Below are positions 37,940 through 48,419 of a stretch of DNA of 64,000 bases, piece after piece (positions within the stretch are counted from its first letter, which is position 1; every line of letters starts with the position of its first letter). Made by a program: the position numbers and the translations under genes. The notes beneath the pieces were generated by a model. It was not told the origin of the DNA and did no database searches. It saw only the letters and a program-made list of their open reading frames with translations. The stretch is from an uncultured Candidatus Saccharibacteria bacterium (GTDB lineage: Bacteria > Patescibacteriota > WWE3 > CAZQFB01), in NCBI GenBank assembly GCA_964592525.1, contig CAZQFB010000001.1, forward strand, positions 65,419 through 129,418, read 5' to 3'.

Positions 37940-40096
37940 ATGGATGATACAAAATTATTAAGTCAAAATTTTGCTGGGCGTGAGCTTAGTTTCGAAAGTA
38001 ATAAATATGCTCCTTACGCTAACGTCTCGGTTAAGATTCAATATGGTGATACGGTGGTTTTAGCAACGGTGACCTCTGCCGAGCCTTTGGAGGGAACTGA
38101 TTTTTTCCCCTTACGGGTTGATTATGAAGAAAAATTATATGCGGGTGGTTTAATAAAAGGTTCTAGGTTTATTAAACGAGAGGGTCGACCGACTGATGAG
38201 GCTATTTTAGGTTCTCGGTTGATTGATCGGGCGATTAGACCATATTTTCCTAAGGATTACATGGATCAGGTGCAGGTGATAGCGACGGTTCTTTCGGTGG
38301 ATGACGAGAATGACCCCCAATTAGTAGCTTTATGGGGGGTTTTAACGGCCCTCCATATCTCCGATATTCCTTGGCAGGGACCAATGGGGGCAGTGCAGGT
38401 TGGTTTGATTGATAATAATTTAGTGATTAATCCCACCGCGACGCAGAAAGTCAACGCCACCTTAAATTTATTGGTCTGTGCTAGTAGTGAACGTGTAGTG
38501 ATGCTTGAGGCGGAAGGTCATGAAGTTGCAGATGAGCAGGTGGCTGAAGCTATTATTTTTGGTCACACTAAGGTGCAAGAGCTGCTTGCCATTATTGATC
38601 AGTATCGGCAGCAAGTGGGTCAAGAGAAGTATGATTATCAGTCAACTGCTATTGCTGAAGAACTGTTGCTTGAGCTTAGAAAAAGTTATGGTGGGGAAAT
38701 TAAGCAGGCACTTGAGCAAGACTTTGATAATCAAAATTTAATCAAGAATATTGTGGCTAAAGCTTTAATTAGTTATCAGGAGGTTTATAGCGAAAATGTT
38801 ATTTCGTGCGCGATAAACAAAATAAAAAAGGAGTTTATCAGAGAGAATATTTTAGTCAACGAGCACCGAGTTGATGGTCGAAAGTTGGATCAAATTAGGG
38901 AGTTATCAATAGAAATTGGTCTGTTGCCTAGAACTCATGGGAGTGCTTTATTCCAAAGGGGTTATACGCAAGTATTAACGATTGCCACTTTAGGTTCAGC
39001 TTCTAGTGGCCAGTTATTAGAAGGGATGCATGGTACGAGCACCAAAAATTATCTTCATCATTATAATGCACCACCTTTTTCTAGTGGTGAGGTGGGGGTG
39101 ATGCGCGGACCAGGTAGGCGGGAAATTGGCCATGGGGCTTTAGCGGAAAAAGCGTTAGCTCCCGTATTGCCTAAAGAAGAAGAATTTCCCTACACCATTC
39201 GCTTGGTCTCGGAAGTGTTAGCCCAGAACGGGTCTAGTTCTATGGCATCAACGTGTGGTTCGTCTCTAGCTTTAATGGATGCAGGTGTGCCTATTAGCAA
39301 ACATGTAGCTGGTATTTCTATTGGTTTAGTTGAAGGTGATAATGCCAATTACAAGTTATTAACTGATATTAGAGGTGTGGAAGATTTTAATGGTGATATG
39401 GATTATAAAGTGGCGGGTACCAAAGATGGGGTGACGGCCATACAGCTTGATGTTAAAAATAGCGGTTTAACACCTGAAATGGTGAAAGAAGTAATGCAGA
39501 AAGCTAAAAGTGGTCGCCTTTATATTTTGGAACAGATGGCTAAGGTCATTGCGGAACCTAAAAAGGATATTTCTAAGTATGCCCCTATGGTATTCACGCT
39601 CAAGATAGATCCGGAGAAAATCGGGGCGGTGATTGGTAGTGGTGGAAAAGTGATTAAGGGGTTGATTGAAAAAACTGGGGCGGATATCAGCGTGGAAGAC
39701 GATGGTAGTATTTTTGTTGCGAGTGAAGATCGGGCAGCAGCCGAAAAAGCGCTTAATTTGATTAAAGGGATAGTGGCTGAACCAGAGGTTGGCAAAGTAT
39801 ATCCTGGTCGGGTCATGCGGATTATGGATTTTGGTGCTTTTGTGGAATTTTTACCTGGTAAAGAAGGGTTGGTTCACATTTCAGAGTTGTCACATGAACA
39901 CGTTAATAAGGTTACAGATGTGGTTAAGGTGGGTGACGAGCTTGAGGTTAAGATCATTGAAATTGATAATTTGGGTAGAGTAAATTTGTCGCTCAAGGCT
40001 CTGCAGACTAAACCCTCCAAGCCGGATGCTTCCAAAAAAGACAACTTCAGAAAACAGAAGCCTGCTGCGACGAATGGTTGGTCTCCACGCCACTAA
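37940..40096 (+). CDS. pnp: Polyribonucleotide nucleotidyltransferase (PNPase)
   Basis: Two RNase PH-like domains, a KH domain (IGAVIGSGGKVIKGLIEKTGA) and an S1 domain (GKVYPGRVMRIMDFGAFVEF); 718 aa. Confidence 0.9.
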   Translation: MDDTKLLSQNFAGRELSFESNKYAPYANVSVKIQYGDTVVLATVTSAEPLEGTDFFPLRVDYEEKLYAGGLIKGSRFIKREGRPTDEAILGSRLIDRAIRPYFPKDYMDQVQVIATVLSVDDENDPQLVALWGVLTALHISDIPWQGPMGAVQVGLIDNNLVINPTATQKVNATLNLLVCASSERVVMLEAEGHEVADEQVAEAIIFGHTKVQELLAIIDQYRQQVGQEKYDYQSTAIAEELLLELRKSYGGEIKQALEQDFDNQNLIKNIVAKALISYQEVYSENVISCAINKIKKEFIRENILVNEHRVDGRKLDQIRELSIEIGLLPRTHGSALFQRGYTQVLTIATLGSASSGQLLEGMHGTSTKNYLHHYNAPPFSSGEVGVMRGPGRREIGHGALAEKALAPVLPKEEEFPYTIRLVSEVLAQNGSSSMASTCGSSLALMDAGVPISKHVAGISIGLVEGDNANYKLLTDIRGVEDFNGDMDYKVAGTKDGVTAIQLDVKNSGLTPEMVKEVMQKAKSGRLYILEQMAKVIAEPKKDISKYAPMVFTLKIDPEKIGAVIGSGGKVIKGLIEKTGADISVEDDGSIFVASEDRAAAEKALNLIKGIVAEPEVGKVYPGRVMRIMDFGAFVEFLPGKEGLVHISELSHEHVNKVTDVVKVGDELEVKIIEIDNLGRVNLSLKALQTKPSKPDASKKDNFRKQKPAATNGWSPRH

Positions 40097-40123
40097 ATTT
40101 TCTAGATACGGTATCATAGTAGT

Positions 40124-40906
40124 ATGGGTAAAAATCAAACTAAGCCTGAATCTGTTTTTGAGCCTTTGCCGTTAGTTAAGTATTTGCTGGGGATCCCTTT
40201 AGCGATTGTTGTTTTGGGCTTGAGTGTTTATGGTCTTGGTTATTTAATCAAAACTTATAACAAGCAAGAAACAGTTAATTACCAGGAATATCCAGTAAAG
40301 ATGAAAGTGGCTATAGCCCCTTTTCCTAATGCTCTCCTTCATGAAATTGGCTGTGCTAGTATCACTCCGGAGGAGCTCTGGTTATATTTGGAATCAGGTT
40401 CTTTGCTTGGCACATTAAGTATTTTAGGGTCACAATATGATCTAAACCAATTAGGGGAGGTGTTGGGTCAGGATGAAGCGGTTTTGACAAATTTAGACCC
40501 AAGATTTTCTCTTGTTCAGGAGGAGGGTATGCTCGCGCTCATTTTTAAGATTTTGTCTCGTGAAGAAGTGACCAGTTGGGCAGAAGATACTACGTGGCCA
40601 GAAACCTGGGCGCCTTATTTTATTGGTGATTTTATGGTAGTCACTAATGCGGAGGAAATGGCTGACAAGATAGACAGTGCTTTTAAAAAAAGAATTGTGT
40701 CGCTTAGCTTAAATTCTTCTTTTCAAGGAAGTATTAATCATTTAGATAAAGAAGGTATGATGTTTATCTACCTACCTTTGAGAAATAAAAAGCAAGATTT
40801 TCCAACGGTGTTGACCGGAACCAGTTTGCATTGGGACGATAAGGTTACAGGCACGGCCTTTGTTCTTAAGGAGGATCAGGGTACAGTTGTATTAATTGAG
40901 GAATAA
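40124..40906 (+). CDS. Hypothetical single-pass membrane protein
   Basis: One N-terminal TM helix (LLGIPLAIVVLGLSVYGLGYLI) and no recognisable motifs. Its stop lies 4 nt before the ATG of the Lon-like ATPase gene. Confidence 0.4.
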   Translation: MGKNQTKPESVFEPLPLVKYLLGIPLAIVVLGLSVYGLGYLIKTYNKQETVNYQEYPVKMKVAIAPFPNALLHEIGCASITPEELWLYLESGSLLGTLSILGSQYDLNQLGEVLGQDEAVLTNLDPRFSLVQEEGMLALIFKILSREEVTSWAEDTTWPETWAPYFIGDFMVVTNAEEMADKIDSAFKKRIVSLSLNSSFQGSINHLDKEGMMFIYLPLRNKKQDFPTVLTGTSLHWDDKVTGTAFVLKEDQGTVVLIEE

Positions 40907-40910
40907 ATAT

Positions 40911-41972
40911 ATGGATGCTAATGCTGCCCCAGAAAACTACGAATTTAAGGAGTTAGAAGAACTACAGCGAGTTTTAACATCCTCCGAAATGCCAGAAGAT
41001 CTTAAGGAAAAAGCCTTTCGGATGTTGGAAAGACTTAACCGGATGGCTACTCATGGGGGTTATAGCGCTGAGTTTGAAGTAGTTTCTCGTTATATTTCTT
41101 GGACGGTGTCTTTGCCCTGGAATGAAAAAACTAGTGATACTTTGGATCTGAAAAAGGCCCAACAAACCTTGGATGCCACTCATTATGGGATGCAAAAAGT
41201 CAAAGATCGCATATTAGAGTATTTGTCAGTATTAACCTTAACGCATACTCGTGAAAACAACGTCCAATCGGCGGTTCTTTGTTTAATTGGTTTACCTGGT
41301 TTGGGTAAAACTTCGGTGGCTAAATCAATTGCTACGGCTTTAGGAAGACAATTTGTTCGGGTGGCAATGGGTGGTTTGGGAAGTGCTTCACAGCTTAGAG
41401 GGGTACCGAAAACCGTAGTAAGTGCTGAACCAGGAGATATTATCAAAGGTATAAAAAGAGCGGGTACGAAAAATCCGGTGATTTTACTTGATGAAATTGA
41501 TCGGGTTAGTGAAAATGTACGCGCGGATGTAATGGGAGTGCTTTTGGAGTTATTGGATCCAGAACAGAATAACGCTTTTATTGATTATTACATTGATTAT
41601 CCGTTTGATCTTTCTAATGCCTTGTTTATCTGTAGTGGGAATAATACTGGGGGGGTGGCTAATGCGGTGTTGGATCGGTTAGAAATCTTGGAAATGCCGT
41701 CATATACTGATGAGGAGAAAAAAGTGATCGGCAAAGATTACTTATTGCCGAAAGCTTTATATGAGGCAGGTCTACAACCAGAGCAATTATTAATAGAAGA
41801 TACTTTGTGGAATAGCATTATCCGGCCTTTAGGCTATGATGCTGGTATTAGAACGCTTGATCGAACAGTCCGTGGTATTACTCGCAAGGTTGCTCGTAAG
41901 ATTGTTGAAGGGGAAGCGACGTCTTTTACTATTACCGAACAAAATGTTAAAAACTTTTTACCTACCTGGTGA
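40911..41972 (+). CDS. Stand-alone Lon-type AAA+ ATPase module (no Lon N-domain and no protease domain)
   Basis: Collinear with Lon residues from the pre-AAA helix to the AAA+ lid. Matches include YISWTVSLPWN, HYGMQKVKDRILEYL, LCLIGLPGLGKTSVAKSIATALGRQFVRVAMGG, ILLDEIDR, LLELLDPEQNNAF and DAGIRTLDR. The ORF ends about 350 aa in, where Lon would continue into its S16 protease domain. Confidence 0.6.
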   Translation: MDANAAPENYEFKELEELQRVLTSSEMPEDLKEKAFRMLERLNRMATHGGYSAEFEVVSRYISWTVSLPWNEKTSDTLDLKKAQQTLDATHYGMQKVKDRILEYLSVLTLTHTRENNVQSAVLCLIGLPGLGKTSVAKSIATALGRQFVRVAMGGLGSASQLRGVPKTVVSAEPGDIIKGIKRAGTKNPVILLDEIDRVSENVRADVMGVLLELLDPEQNNAFIDYYIDYPFDLSNALFICSGNNTGGVANAVLDRLEILEMPSYTDEEKKVIGKDYLLPKALYEAGLQPEQLLIEDTLWNSIIRPLGYDAGIRTLDRTVRGITRKVARKIVEGEATSFTITEQNVKNFLPTW

Positions 41973-42604
41973 GCAGTATGGTTAGCAAGGAGGATTTAGT
42001 TAAAGAGCTTGAGATGGAGGTGTTAACCTGTCAACGTTGCCGTTTATGTCAAACGGCTAAACAGGCAGTACCGGGAGCTGGTTCAGCGCAAGCAAAAATT
42101 ATGTTTGTCGGGGAAGCCCCGGGGTATTATGAGGATCAACAGGGAATTCCTTTTGTTGGTCAAGCGGGTAAATTGCTAGACAAGTTATTGGCTGATATTT
42201 CGATCAAGCGCGCAGAAGTGTACATTACTAATGTGGTCAAACACCGACCGCCGGAAAATCGGGATCCTTTTCCCGATGAAATTAAATTCTGTAAGCCTTT
42301 TTTGGATAGGCAGTTGGAGATCATTAATCCACAAGTCATTGTGGCTTTGGGTAGGTTTGGGTTGCAGTATTTTTTTCCAGACAGCAAAATCTCGGCTGAT
42401 CATGGGGTGCCCAGATTTTGGGGTGTGCGTTTAGTTTACCCGGTTTATCATCCTGCGGCAGCTTTGAGAAATCCCGCTGTTGGCAGGGTACTTAGGGAAG
42501 ATTTTTTAAAGCTACCAGAAATTATTAGCAAAAAAGAGGAGTTACTATATCAACCGTTAATAACTGAAGATGATAGTAATCCGCAAATGAGGTTATTTAA
42601 ATAA
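41969..42604 (+). CDS. Uracil-DNA glycosylase, family 4
   Basis: CQRCRLC ... MFVGEAPGYYEDQQGIPFVGQAGKLLDKLL ... ITNVVKHRPPENRDP, the family 4 UDG signature. Confidence 0.8.
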   Translation: MSSMVSKEDLVKELEMEVLTCQRCRLCQTAKQAVPGAGSAQAKIMFVGEAPGYYEDQQGIPFVGQAGKLLDKLLADISIKRAEVYITNVVKHRPPENRDPFPDEIKFCKPFLDRQLEIINPQVIVALGRFGLQYFFPDSKISADHGVPRFWGVRLVYPVYHPAAALRNPAVGRVLREDFLKLPEIISKKEELLYQPLITEDDSNPQMRLFK

Positions 42605-42608
42605 AACA

Positions 42609-44312
42609 ATGAAACAATATCATCAACATTCGGGTAAAAACGATCGCCGTGGGGTATTAAAGTTGCTGCCTCTAGGTGGTATGGGAGATGTTACGAAAAA
42701 TATTTATGTTTATGAATATAATCAGGAAATAATTGTTGTTGATTGTGGTATTGGTTTTCCTGAAGGAGACTTGCTGGGTATAGACATTGTTATTCCAGAT
42801 GTCACTTACCTAAAGAAAAAAGCCTCACAAGTGAAAGCGATGCTCATAACCCATGGTCATAACGATCATTACTCGGCTTTGCCCTATGTCATACCACAGA
42901 TACCGGCTAGTTTTCCGGTTTACGCGACTAAATTGGTACGAGGCTTCATTAAAAACTCATTAAATGAATTTGGGTTACTCGAAAAAGTTGATGTTCGTGA
43001 GATTGATCCCGAAGGTACACCACTGAAAATCGGGTCTTTTGAAATTATTCCTTTTCGGGTTAACCATTCCGTGCCTGATGCTGTGGGGTTTATTATTAAA
43101 ACCCCAGGTGCTTCGGTAGTTCATGTTAGTGACTTTAAATTTGACTGGACCCCAGTTGATGGTAAGGTGTTTGCTGTTAACCGTTTGTGTAAGTACATTG
43201 AAAATGGGGTTGATTTACTGCTCTCTGATTGTTTGGGCTCACATAAACAGGGTTTCACCCAATCGGAGAAAGATATTGAACACTCTTTTGATGATTTGTT
43301 GGATACTGCTAAGGGGCAAGTGTTTATCACGGCGACTTCTTCCAGTGTAGCGCGAATTCAGCAGGCTATTAATTCTTCTGTTAGACACAATCGCCAGGTA
43401 GTTCTGCTAGGTAAATCTGTACGTGATAATGTCACTATTGCTAACGAGCTGGGTTACATGTCTATTCCTAAAGGGGTTTTAGTGGAGACTAGAAAGGTAA
43501 GTCAGTTTCCAGCGCATAAGGTAACTTATATTGTGGCGGGGTGTTATGGTCAGAAGGGTTCAGCGATGCACCGGTTGGCCGAAGGCGATTCAAAGTATGC
43601 CCAGATTGGTAAAGGTGATATGGTTATTTTTTCTGGAGACCCTGCTCCTTCTGGAGTGAAGGATGCAGTGGACCGAGTGGTTGATAAATTAACGGCTTTA
43701 GGGGCAGATGTACATCACTATGAAATTCAAGAAAACCTACATGTTTCTGGTCATGGTGCGCAAGGTGACATGCTAATGTTGGCGCAGATTGTGAAGCCTA
43801 AGTATTTTGTGCCGATTGGGGGTACCGCCAGTACAATGAGAGGTTACACCAAATTAATGGAAAAGGCAGGTTACAGTACTGACTGTGTTTTTGAGCTGGA
43901 AAATGGTGAAACTTTAGAGATTAGAAATGCCAAAGCGCGTCTTGGGCAAAAAATTAAAGTGGCTGATATCTTTGTTGATGGTTTGGGGGTAGGAGATGTG
44001 GGGCGTAAAGTCTTAGAAGAAAGAACCGAATTATCAGAATCGGGGGTATTGGTTGTGGCTATTCCTCTGCAGAAAGGCACCAATCGTTTGGTGGGTGAGG
44101 TGCAAGTTTCCTCTCGTGGTTTTGTGTTTGAGAAAGATTCAGCACCGCTGCTGACAGAAATTAAAAAATTGTCTACTAAGTTGCTCAATGAAAAATTAAA
44201 TCAAAGTAAGTTAACGGTTCTCAAAAAAGAGTTGGAGGTTGAGATAGCCAAGTATGTTTTTAAAGAAACTGAACGTGAACCTATTATTGTTTCCATGCTG
44301 ATTTATGTATGA
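42609..44312 (+). CDS. rnj: Ribonuclease J (metallo-beta-lactamase/beta-CASP)
   Basis: LPLGGMGDVTKNIYVYEY, HGHNDHYSALPYV, beta-CASP and C-terminal domains; 567 aa. Confidence 0.8.
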   Translation: MKQYHQHSGKNDRRGVLKLLPLGGMGDVTKNIYVYEYNQEIIVVDCGIGFPEGDLLGIDIVIPDVTYLKKKASQVKAMLITHGHNDHYSALPYVIPQIPASFPVYATKLVRGFIKNSLNEFGLLEKVDVREIDPEGTPLKIGSFEIIPFRVNHSVPDAVGFIIKTPGASVVHVSDFKFDWTPVDGKVFAVNRLCKYIENGVDLLLSDCLGSHKQGFTQSEKDIEHSFDDLLDTAKGQVFITATSSSVARIQQAINSSVRHNRQVVLLGKSVRDNVTIANELGYMSIPKGVLVETRKVSQFPAHKVTYIVAGCYGQKGSAMHRLAEGDSKYAQIGKGDMVIFSGDPAPSGVKDAVDRVVDKLTALGADVHHYEIQENLHVSGHGAQGDMLMLAQIVKPKYFVPIGGTASTMRGYTKLMEKAGYSTDCVFELENGETLEIRNAKARLGQKIKVADIFVDGLGVGDVGRKVLEERTELSESGVLVVAIPLQKGTNRLVGEVQVSSRGFVFEKDSAPLLTEIKKLSTKLLNEKLNQSKLTVLKKELEVEIAKYVFKETEREPIIVSMLIYV

Positions 44313-44349
44313 TGAGTGTATTAGTATTTAGGTAGGATTGACGATTATA

Positions 44350-46620
44350 ATGCTCAAGCGAAAAAGGAAATACCGAAAGAAGAGTTCCTTAAGATTAAAG
44401 GCTTCTACGCTTAAATCGTTGCTGTCTATATTTTTGTGGGTGGCAGCCATTTTCACACTGTTTTCTTTTTTTGGTCAGGCAGCAGATTTTGGTTTTGCGG
44501 CACAGGAACACATTAATCGCTTATTTGGTTGGGGAGCTTTTTTGCTACCTTTTTTGTTAGCTGACTTGGGATATATCCTTTTTGATTATCAACGCAACCG
44601 CTATGCTACTTGGCCTTTTTTGCTTGGGTTGGTGTTGTTAATGTTAAGTGTTATTACCCTTGCTCATTTATTTCTTCCCGTGGAAACTGCTAAAACCGAA
44701 GCTACTCTAGGACAAGGGGGTGGGATGATTGGTTTTTATCTGCAACTCGTGCTAAGGCGCAGTATCTCACCTTTGCTGACTCTGCTCCTATTATTGGGTA
44801 CTTTTGTGGCTGCCATATTAATTCTTTTTAATACTTCTTTGTCTGTTTTGGTTAATCATTTGGGTCGGTTGTTTAATAAGTGTTATACGTGGGTACACCT
44901 TTATTTTGGCTCAATTTTTGCACCCTTATTACGAATGTGGAAACAAAGGGAAGCACCGGAAGCCTTGGCTACCGAGGAACCAACGACCTTTACTATTGGG
45001 GGTACAGAAGCGTTGGTGGAGAATGTGCCAGCAGCCAAACCAGCACCGCTTTTTGAAGAGCTCACGCCTTCTTTTCAGCCAGTCATTCCCGGTGAGCTGC
45101 CTTTAAGTCAAAGAGAAGTACGGATTGAAACGGTGACCAACCCACCTTTTCTCGAAGGTGTTTGGGAATACCCACCGATGAGTTTATTGCAGGAGGAAAC
45201 CAAAACCAAACCGGATCAAACTCGTTTGAATGCTAGTGCCAAAATAATTGAGAGTACTTTGGAGAAATTTGGGGTGTTAGCCAAAGTGGTGGAAGTTAAT
45301 TTAGGACCAGCTATTACTCAATACGCCCTTAAGTTAAACGATGGGACCAAGATAAGTAAGGTCACTAATTTGCAGAGTGATTTGGCTTTAGCTTTGGCTG
45401 CTCCGGGGGGTACGGTTCGCATAGAAGCGCCAATTCCTGGCAAATCTTTGATTGGGATTGAAGTTCCTAATCCTGGTTTAAAATTAGTGCCCTTAAAGAA
45501 GATGTTAACCTCCAAAAAAATGCAAGAGATGAAATCGGTTTTGGCGGTAGCTTTGGGGGAAGATGTGTCTGGTAACCCGGTAATAACTGATTTGACGAAG
45601 ATGCCACATGTGTTAATTGCTGGTTCTACGGGTAGTGGTAAGTCGGTCATGATTAATGCCATGATAGCTGCCATTCTGTTTCGAGCCTCCCCAGCGGAAG
45701 TGAAACTGATTTTAGTTGATCCAAAACGGGTGGAGTTGAGTCAGTATCGTGGTATTCCGCATTTGTTGACCGATGTGGTGGTTGAACCTGAAAAAGTATT
45801 GTCAGCTTTGAGGTGGGCAATGTCAGAAATGGAGAAAAGGTATAAGTTATTTGAAAAAGCAGGTGTGCGAAACATTGCCGGATATAATGAAGCGTTGGGT
45901 TTTCAATCACTTCCTTACATAGTGATTATCATTGATGAGTTAGCTGATATTATGATGACTGCACCCCGAGAGGTTGAAAGTGCAATCTGTCGCATATCCC
46001 AACTAGCCCGAGCGACTGGTATTCATCTGATTGTGGCTACCCAACGTCCTTCAGTGGATGTTTTAACTGGGTTGATAAAAGCGAATGTACCTTGCCGGAT
46101 TGCTTTTAATGTTTTTTCTATGGTTGATTCCAGGGTGATTATTGATGGTCCTGGGGCGGAGAAATTACTGGGTCGGGGTGATATGTTATATGTGCCTCCA
46201 GATTCATCAAAACCAATGAGAATTCAAGGGGTGTATATGTTTGATAAAGAAATCAACGCCTTGATAAATTTTTTGCGGTCAAGTGGCTTTGCGCCCGAGT
46301 TAAAAGAAGAAATATTAACATTTGTTGACCAGCATCATGGCATTGATGCCAAGTCTCGTGATGAGTGTTTTGAGGAAGCATTGTTAATGGTAGTGGCTGA
46401 AGGGTTGGCTAGCACCAGCATGCTACAAAGAAAGCTTAAGATCGGTTACAATAGAGCGGCTAATATTATGGAGGCGTTGGAGATTGCTGGGGTTGTTAGT
46501 CCTCCAGATAAGGCTAAAAAGAGAAATGTATTAATCACGGATCCTCAACAAGTGTTAGGAAATCAAGAAGATGAAAATGAAGAAAGTCGGAAGTATCCTT
46601 CGGAAGGCTCGGGAGGATAA
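44350..46620 (+). CDS. ftsK: DNA translocase FtsK/SpoIIIE
   Basis: N-terminal TM helices; motor domain with Walker A motif IAGSTGSGKSVMINAMI and IIIDELAD; C-terminal gamma domain. Confidence 0.85.
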   Translation: MLKRKRKYRKKSSLRLKASTLKSLLSIFLWVAAIFTLFSFFGQAADFGFAAQEHINRLFGWGAFLLPFLLADLGYILFDYQRNRYATWPFLLGLVLLMLSVITLAHLFLPVETAKTEATLGQGGGMIGFYLQLVLRRSISPLLTLLLLLGTFVAAILILFNTSLSVLVNHLGRLFNKCYTWVHLYFGSIFAPLLRMWKQREAPEALATEEPTTFTIGGTEALVENVPAAKPAPLFEELTPSFQPVIPGELPLSQREVRIETVTNPPFLEGVWEYPPMSLLQEETKTKPDQTRLNASAKIIESTLEKFGVLAKVVEVNLGPAITQYALKLNDGTKISKVTNLQSDLALALAAPGGTVRIEAPIPGKSLIGIEVPNPGLKLVPLKKMLTSKKMQEMKSVLAVALGEDVSGNPVITDLTKMPHVLIAGSTGSGKSVMINAMIAAILFRASPAEVKLILVDPKRVELSQYRGIPHLLTDVVVEPEKVLSALRWAMSEMEKRYKLFEKAGVRNIAGYNEALGFQSLPYIVIIIDELADIMMTAPREVESAICRISQLARATGIHLIVATQRPSVDVLTGLIKANVPCRIAFNVFSMVDSRVIIDGPGAEKLLGRGDMLYVPPDSSKPMRIQGVYMFDKEINALINFLRSSGFAPELKEEILTFVDQHHGIDAKSRDECFEEALLMVVAEGLASTSMLQRKLKIGYNRAANIMEALEIAGVVSPPDKAKKRNVLITDPQQVLGNQEDENEESRKYPSEGSGG

Positions 46621-47659
46621 ACTCCTTGAATACAAAGATGTAGCTGCTCAAACCAAAATCCATCCTCGCTACTTGAAAGCACTGGAGGATGAAGATTATG
46701 GTGTTTTTAGTTCTGATGTTCACTTGCAAGGGTTTCTTAAAGCCTATGTAGAATATTTGGGCTTGAATGAAACTGAAATTGTGGCCTTTTTCCGTCGCGA
46801 CTATGCTTTGGGATCTCTAGATAAAAAGAAAAAACAAGCGGTTACTCCCCTTAACATGCCAAAATTCCTAATCACTCCCAGCTTAGTGGTGTCTAGTGCT
46901 ATCTTATTATTAGTGTTGGCTTTTTTCGGGTACCTCTTTTTTGAGTATCGTTCTTTTGCGGGGGCGCCATTGTTGCTTATTGAATCTCCAGCCGAAGAGG
47001 TAACAACAATCAACACTAGTTCGGTGGTTATTGCTGGTAAGACTGATCCCGATGCAGTGGTGTCTATTAATGGACAGAAAATAACGCTGGGAGAGAAGGG
47101 TCTTTTTTCGACGCCGATAACTTTGGTAGATGGTATTAATGTATTAACGATTACCGCTGAAAATAAACTGGGTAAGCAATCAAGAGAATCTAAGACAGTA
47201 GTGGTGGAAAGGGCTAAGACGGCTGTTACTAGCGGTGCCGAAGCAGTAGCGGAAGTACTTTACGAGGGGGTGCAGTTGGTTGTGACGGTTGGTCCAAGTG
47301 CTGCTTGGGTGGAGATTACCACTGATGGTAAAAAAGAATTTGATGGCTTACTGGCTTCTGGAGTAACGCGAGCGGTTAAGGCAGTGAGTGTGGTTCGGGT
47401 TTTGTCGGGTAATGCTGGTTCCACTGCCGTTGCGGTTAATGGTAAGGATGTGGGTAAAATGGGGGAGGAAGGAGCTGTGGTGGAAAAGGTGTATAGAGCG
47501 GAGGAGCAGGGTATTAGTGTTGAGGATTCTCCCGCAGAAGGTGAGGAGGTGGAAGCCGATTTAGCTATTGAGGAAAATATTGACGCAGGTACGCAAAACT
47601 TAGAAACAGAGGTGGAGGTTAATGATACGCTTGAGCTACCGGACAGCGAAAATCCTTAA
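46571..47659 (+). CDS. rodZ: RodZ-like HTH-membrane cytoskeletal protein
   Basis: N-terminal XRE-type HTH (LRKAREDKLLEYKDVAAQTKIHPRYLKALED), one TM helix and a C-terminal beta-rich domain. It overlaps the ftsK 3' end. Confidence 0.55.
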   Translation: MKMKKVGSILRKAREDKLLEYKDVAAQTKIHPRYLKALEDEDYGVFSSDVHLQGFLKAYVEYLGLNETEIVAFFRRDYALGSLDKKKKQAVTPLNMPKFLITPSLVVSSAILLLVLAFFGYLFFEYRSFAGAPLLLIESPAEEVTTINTSSVVIAGKTDPDAVVSINGQKITLGEKGLFSTPITLVDGINVLTITAENKLGKQSRESKTVVVERAKTAVTSGAEAVAEVLYEGVQLVVTVGPSAAWVEITTDGKKEFDGLLASGVTRAVKAVSVVRVLSGNAGSTAVAVNGKDVGKMGEEGAVVEKVYRAEEQGISVEDSPAEGEEVEADLAIEENIDAGTQNLETEVEVNDTLELPDSENP

Positions 47660-48419
47660 AGTCGTCAATCCCGAGAAGAAGACGTTTTAACCAGTATTGT
47701 GTTTGGAGAGCACAAAGTTGGTAGTTTCGCTCTATTAGTAGAGTATTCAGATTAGGAAATAAGTGTGGTTCAACTTCATGCTCGTGTAGACAGAGAGCGT
47801 GTGGTGTGTAGGTGATATCCCAACCACAAACGTGCAAAAACCAAGCGTATTCAGCGTCCTCTCCGACTCTTAGCTTTTCATTAAAAGGTCTTTTGTCCCA
47901 GATTGCTTTGCGGATGCTACAGCAGGCTCTCGCAAAATCAGTCAACCGATTCTTTTTATTTATGCCAGAAAAAGGTCCGACCTTTTTAAGGCTGATGGTT
48001 GTAGTGTTCTCGGGAAACCTTTTAGCTGGCCAGTAGTTTGGGTAATAATACCCCTCCCTGTGGGAAATCACGTATTTACCGTAGGTTCCGCCAACCTTTG
48101 GGTTTGTATAAGGTTTAATTAATTCCGCCACGAAGTTGGTGCCTTGGGGAAGCGCATCTCCTGAAAGTCTGATCAGATATGCTCCTTTTGCTTGGGAGGC
48201 GCCCACATTAAAGGCGTTGGCATAGTTGAAATATTTGGGTTGGATTTCAAGCAAAGTAATTTTTTCTCTTTTTAGGTATTCTCGTGCACCATCAGTTGAT
48301 CCCGAATCTACCACGATGATTTCTAAATCTTCTTTAAGAGTTTGTGTCAGAAGTGTGGAGATGGTTTTGCGTAGATATTCTTTCTGATTTTTGGTGATCA
48401 GGATAGCGGAGGCTAACAT
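47619..48419 (-). CDS. Family 2 glycosyltransferase
   Basis: ASAILITKNQKEYLRKTISTLLTQT ... IIVVDSGSTDGA, a GT2 DxD-type fold. It overlaps the rodZ 3' end convergently. Confidence 0.7.
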   Translation of the reverse strand: MLASAILITKNQKEYLRKTISTLLTQTLKEDLEIIVVDSGSTDGAREYLKREKITLLEIQPKYFNYANAFNVGASQAKGAYLIRLSGDALPQGTNFVAELIKPYTNPKVGGTYGKYVISHREGYYYPNYWPAKRFPENTTTISLKKVGPFSGINKKNRLTDFARACCSIRKAIWDKRPFNEKLRVGEDAEYAWFLHVCGWDITYTPHALCLHEHEVEPHLFPNLNTLLIERNYQLCALQTQYWLKRLLLGIDDFKDFRCPVAQAYH

